From the IMG/VR virus record IMGVR_UViG_3300033616_000003: 35,824 nucleotides of DNA. One strand, 5' to 3'. The notes below the pieces were generated by a model. It was given only the letters and a program-made list of their open reading frames with translations, was not told the DNA's origin and did no database searches. A program made the translations under genes and the position numbers. This DNA comes from a virus. Shown here piece by piece: positions 8,799 to 14,162 of the stretch. The stretch's first letter is position 1; each line of letters starts with the position of its first letter.

Positions 8799-9677
8799 TT
8801 ATGATAAATCTGCATAATAATCAATTTCTTCCATCTGATTATCAACTTTACAATTAGCAATCCACTTTTCCATATTCTCAAATTGGAATAAATACATAAT
8901 TGTAGCTTTAAAGTTACCATCAACCTGTCCTGTCATAAAATTATTAGCTGCAATATTATCAATAGCTTGCTTAATCTCATCAACCGAAAAGTCGTCTAGC
9001 ATATCTCTAATTTTACCTCTACGCTTAGATGTCAACTTTCTAGGTTGGAAGTAGTCTTCCACAGCTAACTTGTAATATTCCCATATGTCGAATACCACTT
9101 TATTAGCTTGTTTATTGAAAGCCCCATCATCACCATTAGGTTTATTCTCTGTAGTAGTCTCTGTAGTACTCTCTGTAATAGGATAATCTTGCTTTTCCTT
9201 ATCTCTTAGTAATTCATCATTTCCCTTACTCTTAGTAATTGTACTTTTCCCAATTAGGTCTGGATGGTAAACTTTTAATAAATCATAATTTAATTTTTCC
9301 CAGTTGATAAACCAATAAGTAACCCTATCGCTATCTGTATAATATATAACATAAGCATCTTCTTCATTCTCAATTTTATTCTTATTCTTACCTCTTTTAT
9401 AACCAATCTTTTTAATAGCTGTATTAAATTCACTTCTACTAAATCCTAATTCTTCTAACCAGCTGTCTCCCTCTTTATACCAATCGTGTGTACAAGGTGC
9501 AATAAATTTGAAAAACTTACCATCTTTTTTGATGTCCCAATACATCGCTTGTTGCAGTAAAATTGTTGCTGTAACCTTACCAGTTATTTTATTTAACTTT
9601 TTACGATAAGGTATAGTTTCTTTATCCTCTGACATTGTCATCGCTATTCCATTTGGTCGACCATAACCTGTACTCAT
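8799..9677 (-). CDS. replication initiator/organizer-like protein (wHTH-like N-domain plus conserved phage C-terminal domain); paralog-like to 20053..20847
   Basis: The N-terminal ILLQQAMYWD...EELGFSRSEFNTAIKKIG looks wHTH-like. The C-terminal KRRGKIRDMLDDFSVDEIKQAIDNIAANNFMTG resembles the conserved phage C-terminus seen in DnaD-type replication proteins. It ends QMEEIDYYADLS. RBS acggagg is present. Confidence 0.5.
   Translation of the reverse strand: MSTGYGRPNGIAMTMSEDKETIPYRKKLNKITGKVTATILLQQAMYWDIKKDGKFFKFIAPCTHDWYKEGDSWLEELGFSRSEFNTAIKKIGYKRGKNKNKIENEEDAYVIYYTDSDRVTYWFINWEKLNYDLLKVYHPDLIGKSTITKSKGNDELLRDKEKQDYPITESTTETTTENKPNGDDGAFNKQANKVVFDIWEYYKLAVEDYFQPRKLTSKRRGKIRDMLDDFSVDEIKQAIDNIAANNFMTGQVDGNFKATIMYLFQFENMEKWIANCKVDNQMEEIDYYADLS
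9146..9181. repeat. three tandem 12-bp repeats (tctctgtagtag / tctctgtagtac / tctctgtaatag) inside gene 8799..9677
   Basis: Read directly. On the coding strand they encode the TESTTETTTE linker. Confidence 0.85.
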
Positions 9678-9710
9678 TTAATTTAATACCTCCGTTTAGT
9701 ATTTATCCGT

Positions 9711-9785
9711 AAAAAAATAATAGTGAGCAATCCATTACGGATTATGGAGTTTCGATGCTGATAGCTAGTCAACATCTAGCTCACT
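9711..9785 (-). terminator. putative leader terminator/attenuator: AGUGAGC...GCUCACU stem followed by AUUAUUUUUUU
   Basis: On the minus-strand transcript a 7-bp stem (9779-9785 with 9722-9728) is followed by a U-run (9711-9721). Competing pairings exist (see findings). Confidence 0.35.
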
Positions 9786-9808
9786 TTAAACTTTATTCCT
9801 ACACTATA

Positions 9809-9837
9809 ATTATACCACCCAACCAACAATAAGTCAA
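9809..9837 (-). promoter_or_regulatory. sigma-A/sigma-70-type promoter, TTGACT-17-TATAAT
   Basis: The -35 is at 9832-9837 and the -10 at 9809-9814 on the minus strand. Spacing was counted by hand. Confidence 0.6.
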
Positions 9838-9851
9838 GGGTATTTTGAAAT

Positions 9852-9926
9852 TGGCGGGAATAAAGAGAATTGAACTCTCATCTTTAGCTTGACAGGCTAA
9901 CGTCATCACCATTAGACCATATTCCC
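9852..9926 (-). tRNA. tRNA-Asp (anticodon GTC), CCA encoded
   Basis: Hand-folded cloverleaf. Acceptor GGGAATA/TATTCCC, anticodon stem TTAGC/GCTAA with loop CTGTCAA, T-arm GAGAG-TTCAATT-CTCTT, discriminator G plus CCA. Confidence 0.85.
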
Positions 9927-9930
9927 ATAT

Positions 9931-10008
9931 TGGTACCCCAGACAGGACTCGAACCTGCAATTTCCAGAGTGAAAATCTGGTGGCTTAACTCTTTTCGCCT
10001 ACTGGGGC
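9931..10008 (-). tRNA. tRNA-Glu (anticodon TTC), CCA encoded, atypical D-arm
   Basis: Acceptor GCCCCAG/CTGGGGT (G1:U72), anticodon stem CCAGA/TCTGG with loop TTTTCAC, T-arm GCAGG-TTCGAGT-CCTGT. The D-stem has only 3 bp, and its 12-nt loop lacks the usual GG. Confidence 0.75.
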
Positions 10009-10012
10009 AAAT

Positions 10013-10088
10013 TGGCAGTAAAGGTAGGACTCGAACCTACAACCTTCCGGGTAACAGCCGACTGCTCTACCATTTGAGCTACTCTACT
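10013..10088 (-). tRNA. tRNA-Asn (anticodon GTT), CCA encoded
   Basis: Acceptor AGTAGAG/CTTTACT, D-arm GCTC-AAATGGTA-GAGC, anticodon loop CTGTTAC, T-arm GTAGG-TTCGAGT-CCTAC. Confidence 0.85.
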
Positions 10089-10103
10089 ATAATTAACTTA
10101 ATA

Positions 10104-10446
10104 CTCCACTCATACCTAGCTTTATTCTTTAATTTTCGCTAAGCTACAACTATCATTTTAAGCCTCTTAACTTTCAGTATAAGTGGAAGATTAAATTAAT
10201 TTAGTAGCTGATAGTTTTACTTCCGTCAGCTGCAGAAGATAACGGATAAAGACACCCGGCAGATACTGAGTGCTACCTTTTATCCTCCCACTTAATCTAT
10301 TAAGCAATACCATCTGCCATAGCATTGCACAAGTGGTAACATATATATTATAAGAGGGAAGCCTTCTTAGAAGGCTATATGGTCCCGCGTGAGATAGCTG
10401 CCCTCTTAACGACGTTAATAACCTCCGCATATACTAATATATGCAG
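10104..10446 (-). ncRNA. candidate structured non-coding RNA, unclassified GC-rich intergenic island next to the tRNA cluster
   Basis: No credible ORF. About 43 percent G+C by hand count over 10221-10420, against an AT-rich background. Multiple nested helices form on the minus-strand transcript (details in findings). Confidence 0.5.
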
Positions 10447-10452
10447 ATGATC

Positions 10453-10617
10453 TTACATTTTAAAATGACTCTCTCTTTTAGTTTCAGCAAAAATTTCTAA
10501 ACTTTCATCACTTTTTCTACTATGTTCCATTATACAAAGTATGCACAAATTATAATCTAACATCTTATCTGTTGCACCTTCGCTGGCGAATTCAGCCCCA
10601 CATCGTTGGCATTTCAT
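10453..10617 (-). CDS. small zinc-ribbon-like protein (54 aa, not in the ORF track)
   Basis: My translation is MKCQRCGAEFASEGATDKMLDYNLCILCIMEHSRKSDESLEIFAETKRESHFKM, with CxxC...CxxC. It has an ATGA overlap with the upstream gene. Confidence 0.5.
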   Translation of the reverse strand: MKCQRCGAEFASEGATDKMLDYNLCILCIMEHSRKSDESLEIFAETKRESHFKM

Positions 10618-11138
10618 CTAATTCCCAACTTCTTATCCAGCATTAACCGGTCCACTTCTTCCACTTCTATATCCTTATCTAACATTTCAGCATATAGTAT
10701 CTCATCAGACTGCCCACTGCTTAAAAAGCCATCATATTGGATAAATACGCAGGTGTCTGCCCTCTCTATCATCTGATAACACTCATACATTATAGCATCT
10801 CTCATATCGTCTGTATCGAAGTATGAGAAGCTGTGTAAAGGTGATAGGATTAATGCTTCTGGATTAACTTCTCTAATCTCTTTAGCTATAAAATCAACTC
10901 TCAACTTATTAATTTTTGGATCATCAGCAAAAGGATGAGATAAGAAAATTAATTCATAACCTCTCATTTCTTTTTTAATGTCATCATAATCTATCATTTC
11001 CAATATTTTATCATTATTAATATCTAAATCATCGTTTTGATGAATATCATCTAGGTTTTTCATTTTCCTTGATTGTAACTCTGGCATTTCTAAAATTTCT
11101 TCTACTTTTAAACATTCTCCATTGCAATGGTCACACAT
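10614..11138 (-). CDS. nucleoside 2-deoxyribosyltransferase-like / DUF4406-like protein with an N-terminal Cys cluster
   Basis: The core has ELIFLSHPF ... ILSPLH ... CVFIQYDGFLSSGQSDEILYAE. This resembles the Rossmann-like NDT/DUF4406 pattern (SxG..E..yA). A 60-aa N-terminal extension begins MCDHCNGEC. Confidence 0.45.
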   Translation of the reverse strand: MCDHCNGECLKVEEILEMPELQSRKMKNLDDIHQNDDLDINNDKILEMIDYDDIKKEMRGYELIFLSHPFADDPKINKLRVDFIAKEIREVNPEALILSPLHSFSYFDTDDMRDAIMYECYQMIERADTCVFIQYDGFLSSGQSDEILYAEMLDKDIEVEEVDRLMLDKKLGIR

Positions 11139-11149
11139 TTCATCATCCC

Positions 11150-12178
11150 CTAATAGTTTTCTACCTTGTATTCTCTACTTAAGTTATAATCATATTTGCC
11201 ATTTTTGAAGTTAACTATACCATAACCATACTCCCACTTGTTACCTTTAGCATCTTTGTTGCGGAATTCTACATCCTTATCTTCTATACAACCAAACTCA
11301 TAGCCGTATCTGCCAAATGCTTCAGCATTGCCTAACCTGTGAGTGTGCCCTATACCAACAGCTTCAAAGTTAGCAAACTCTTTCTCGTGCCTGCGTTTGA
11401 TAAGATGCTTAATGACATTCTCAACTGATCGCATAGTTACTTTTGAGTATCTGGAAGGGTGCGCAAATACAAAATCACCAAGCTGCATAAACCAATGATT
11501 AACATATTCCACATTGTCAAAATATCTAACTATTTCGGTAAGTGGTTTGTGCTTCTCCATTAAGAATCCGTTAAATCCAGTTACAATTTTATTCTTAAAG
11601 TATCTAGTCAATCTGTATTCGTGATTTCCGTTAATGATGTAAACTTTCTCAAATATACTTGCCAACTTATTCATTATCTTATAACCCATTTTGTATTCAT
11701 CGCTAACATCTATATTTTTGGATTGCCCGTAGAATGAAATGGAATCATAATCTAAATAATCACCAGCAATAACTAATATATCTGCATCTTGATGCTGGTG
11801 AATAATAGCTTCCAACACATTAATATTAGCTTTAGGAATGTGCAAATCATTAATAACCAACACTTTAACTTCTTTGTTGCCATAATCTTTTTCAAATTGT
11901 TTCATAACCTGCTTAATATGTTCTTTTTCTTCTTTATATACAGAGTCTAAATCCTCATCATATAAGTCTGCAAATATACCCTTGCCTCGCTTATTAGGAA
12001 TATAATCTATAATAGGACTTCTTCTTATTCTATTTCTGGTAGAGTCTAATGTAAACTCTTTAACTTCTCCGTATTCTTCGTTTAAAACTTCATTAATTGC
12101 TGAATAATTGTTGCCATACTTGTCATATAAATCAGCTAATTTCTTTTCTACCTTAGGATGGTCATCCCATCTAAACAT
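11150..12178 (-). CDS. calcineurin-like metallophosphoesterase
   Basis: Ordered motifs VINDLHIP, AGDYLDYD, GNHE and GHTH match the binuclear metallophosphoesterase signature. About 100 aa of N-terminal extension precede them. Confidence 0.7.
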   Translation of the reverse strand: MFRWDDHPKVEKKLADLYDKYGNNYSAINEVLNEEYGEVKEFTLDSTRNRIRRSPIIDYIPNKRGKGIFADLYDEDLDSVYKEEKEHIKQVMKQFEKDYGNKEVKVLVINDLHIPKANINVLEAIIHQHQDADILVIAGDYLDYDSISFYGQSKNIDVSDEYKMGYKIMNKLASIFEKVYIINGNHEYRLTRYFKNKIVTGFNGFLMEKHKPLTEIVRYFDNVEYVNHWFMQLGDFVFAHPSRYSKVTMRSVENVIKHLIKRRHEKEFANFEAVGIGHTHRLGNAEAFGRYGYEFGCIEDKDVEFRNKDAKGNKWEYGYGIVNFKNGKYDYNLSREYKVENY

Positions 12179-12191
12179 ATATTACCCCTCT

Positions 12192-12401
12192 CTAAATTAT
12201 GTCTTTCCAAAAATAAATTAATCCGCCAATTATAATATATAACCAACTTATTAAAGTGTTAATTATTGCCAAAGGAATTGCCGATTTAGGCATTTGGTAA
12301 TCCCTAACACTATTTTTAGCATCTTTATAATGTAAACTAAAAAGTATAACATTATGAATAACACCTAACAAATAAACAAAAATTAAAATGTTAATTAACA
12401 T
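12192..12401 (-). CDS. small membrane protein (two predicted TM helices)
   Basis: It has hydrophobic stretches LINILIFVYLLGVI and IPLAIINTLISWLYIIIGGLIYF. Confidence 0.5.
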   Translation of the reverse strand: MLINILIFVYLLGVIHNVILFSLHYKDAKNSVRDYQMPKSAIPLAIINTLISWLYIIIGGLIYFWKDII

Positions 12402-12414
12402 ATATTACCCCTCT

Positions 12415-12594
12415 CTATAAAACTGTGCCTATAATCTGCCAACTGTCATTAATTTTTGTATAAATGTGAATTGCACCATAACTTTCAACTTGTTCAGTTT
12501 TAAGCCAACCATTGTAATACCCTTGTAAGTGCTCTGGAAAGTTTCTTTTAATATATTGAATAACATTATAATCATCTCGCTGATAATCATACAT
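12415..12594 (-). CDS. small hypothetical protein (59 aa, not in the ORF track)
   Basis: My translation is MYDYQRDDYNVIQYIKRNFPEHLQGYYNGWLKTEQVESYGAIHIYTKINDSWQIIGTVL. RBS aaggag lies 8 nt upstream. Confidence 0.55.
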   Translation of the reverse strand: MYDYQRDDYNVIQYIKRNFPEHLQGYYNGWLKTEQVESYGAIHIYTKINDSWQIIGTVL

Positions 12595-12622
12595 ATTGTA
12601 GACTCCTTAAAGTGGTATTATT

Positions 12623-12674
12623 AGCAGGACAGCCAATTTGTAAAGATTTACTCTTATCAATTTGCCGCCCTGCT
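12623..12674 (-). promoter_or_regulatory. long imperfect hairpin in the 5' leader of the 12594 operon
   Basis: The arms AGCAGGGCGGCAAATTG and CAAATTGGCTGTCCTGCT pair over about 17 positions, with G:U pairs and one mismatch, around a 17-nt loop. The hairpin lies between the promoter and the RBS. Confidence 0.5.
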
Positions 12675-12725
12675 GAAAGGGGGAATAAAATGAAAAGTTT
12701 ACATAACTATTCACTCTATATCTTT

Positions 12726-12754
12726 ATTATACACCATAAACCCCAAATTATCAA
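12726..12754 (-). promoter_or_regulatory. sigma-A-type promoter, TTGATA-17-TATAAT
   Basis: The -35 is at 12749-12754 and the -10 at 12726-12731 on the minus strand. Spacing was counted by hand. Confidence 0.6.
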
Positions 12755-12758
12755 GCTA

Positions 12759-12780
12759 AAACTGCAATCAAACTGCAATC
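12759..12780. repeat. perfect tandem duplication of the 11-mer aaactgcaatc, immediately upstream of the -35
   Basis: Read directly. It overlaps the stop codon of the ArpU-like gene. I saw this 11-mer nowhere else in the window. Confidence 0.85.
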
Positions 12781-13133
12781 ATTTCAAATTTATTAATTAA
12801 TTTTTCATAAGCATCTAATTTAATCGTAAAATAGCTTCTCTCTGATTTTTCCCATTCCTCCATTTCGATTATTTCATTATCTGGTACACTACCTGGTGTC
12901 CACTTACGCAAATAAGGCTCTAATTCCAGATTATACAGCTGTGTAATAATAAATAACTCATCATCATTTAAGGTTATTAACATTTTATCAACAGTATCCA
13001 CAAAGTTTTTCTTCTGCTGCAAGTTGACTTCTTTATCTTTGAAAATATCATCAAACTTTTCATAAATTGTAATGTAATCACAATAGTTAATATATTGCTT
13101 TAATACTTTATCGACCAATTTCTTATCCATCAT
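12768..13133 (-). CDS. ArpU/RinA-like (sigma region-4-like) transcriptional regulator
   Basis: LNDDELFIITQLYNLE ... SERSYFTIKLDAYEKLINKF resembles the HTH of ArpU/RinA late-gene activators. I set the start at ATG 13133, which has an ATGA overlap with the upstream gene. Confidence 0.45.
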   Translation of the reverse strand: MMDKKLVDKVLKQYINYCDYITIYEKFDDIFKDKEVNLQQKKNFVDTVDKMLITLNDDELFIITQLYNLELEPYLRKWTPGSVPDNEIIEMEEWEKSERSYFTIKLDAYEKLINKFEMIAV

Positions 13134-13378
13134 AATCCCTTCTTCCACATTTTTTCGCACAACTTTATGTTCTCTATCGGATCAAGTCTATCCTCACACT
13201 TCTCGCAGTCTAAACTATCAACTCTATCATCCTTAACATTGCACCACTCCACGCAATGTTTAATATAGATATTAGCACACTTTTTATGGCTTGTAATCGA
13301 TTTGTGGAAGTGGCACAACCCTTTGTTAGTGGTTAAGTTGTCGCAACTGTTTGCTGTGCATTCTGTGTAATTATTCAT
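13130..13378 (-). CDS. Cys/His-rich small protein (putative zinc-binding)
   Basis: 82 aa carrying 12 Cys and several His (CTANSCD, CHFH, KKC, HCVEWC, CEKCED). Confidence 0.5.
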   Translation of the reverse strand: MNNYTECTANSCDNLTTNKGLCHFHKSITSHKKCANIYIKHCVEWCNVKDDRVDSLDCEKCEDRLDPIENIKLCEKMWKKGL

Positions 13379-13937
13379 ACACTATTTCTGCAATGGTTTC
13401 TGGAAAAACTAAATCAACAGCACCTTTTATTTTTCCATCCAACAACCTAACAACATATATTTTGCTTTCTCTTTCTTCATCATAATGCACACCAATTACT
13501 TCGTGTTCAGCTTTCCCTTTTTGTCTAAACTTATCCCCAACTTCTAATTCATCTGGCTTTTTGAGTGGCGATAGCTTGTCTTCTTTAACAACTGCCACTC
13601 TATGGTACCCTTTTTTTATAAAGGAAATTCCATATTTATTCCAATCAACATCATCTTTCTTGTCAGCTATACCCCAAATTTCAGCTTTATAATGAGTTCC
13701 GTCATAATATCTAAAATCTACAGGTTCACCAACTTCAAACTTATTAGCTGGTTTAGGATTTTTTGATACTGGTCTAAACAAATTCAAATCATACCAATAT
13801 TCATCATTAGTTTCTTCTAATTTAACATCTTCTCCTCTTAACGCTTTTACAGTGTAAATAGAATTTTTTCTAACATTATTGTGGTTTTCCCAAAACCTTT
13901 CAACTTTCATTCCAACCTTACAATTTTCTGGTTTCAT
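13371..13937 (-). CDS. hypothetical protein with three SH3/Tudor-like internal repeats
   Basis: There are three modules, each starting with a (K/E)VG(M/E/D)xV/F motif (KVGMKVE, EVGEPVDF, EVGDKFRQ). RBS aaggagga is present. Confidence 0.5.
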   Translation of the reverse strand: MKPENCKVGMKVERFWENHNNVRKNSIYTVKALRGEDVKLEETNDEYWYDLNLFRPVSKNPKPANKFEVGEPVDFRYYDGTHYKAEIWGIADKKDDVDWNKYGISFIKKGYHRVAVVKEDKLSPLKKPDELEVGDKFRQKGKAEHEVIGVHYDEERESKIYVVRLLDGKIKGAVDLVFPETIAEIVYE

Positions 13938-13979
13938 TATTTTTCCTCCTTTATCTTAATATCAGAAGCTATACCCCAA

Positions 13980-14162
13980 TCAGCTTTCATTTATATCTAT
14001 TTTAGTTGCACCAATTATTGAATAAACACCAGTTACTAAATATAATATATTTCTAATTATATCGTATTTTATTAATTCCCAAAAAGCAACTCCAACTAAT
14101 GCCACTCCAGCAAAAATTAATAACCAAAAGAATATTAAATTAAATATCCGCTTTTCTTTCAT
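13980..14162 (-). CDS. small membrane protein (two TM helices)
   Basis: It has hydrophobic stretches IFNLIFFWLLIFAGVALVGVAFW and ILYLVTGVYSIIGA. Confidence 0.45.
   Translation of the reverse strand: MKEKRIFNLIFFWLLIFAGVALVGVAFWELIKYDIIRNILYLVTGVYSIIGATKIDINES

Noticed and set aside
8738-8923. 61-aa minus-strand ORF overlapping the 3' end of gene 8799..9677
   Set aside because: It is an out-of-frame overlap with a much better-supported gene. The real small genes in this gap are 8578..8736 and 8420..8581, which have RBSs.
9930-10142. 70-aa plus-strand ORF overlapping the tRNA cluster
   Set aside because: It is simply the antisense reading of three tRNA genes. It has no RBS and lies on the wrong strand relative to all other genes.
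10161-10410. 9-nt direct repeat GTTAAGAGG at both ends of the RNA island (10402-10410 and 10162-10170), as target-site duplication or intron boundaries
   Set aside because: A single 9-mer match over 240 nt can arise by chance. No interrupted gene, transposase, or group I or group II intron core could be recognised.
10191-10430. 79-aa minus-strand ORF (MRRLLTSLRGQLSHAGPY...) inside the GC-rich island
   Set aside because: It has no Shine-Dalgarno sequence upstream, although nearly every real gene here has a strong GGAGG-type site. It is rich in codons otherwise rare in this genome (CGG, AGG, ACG, TCG, GCG, CCG). Its Arg/Leu-rich composition is typical of translated structured RNA. I treated it as non-coding.
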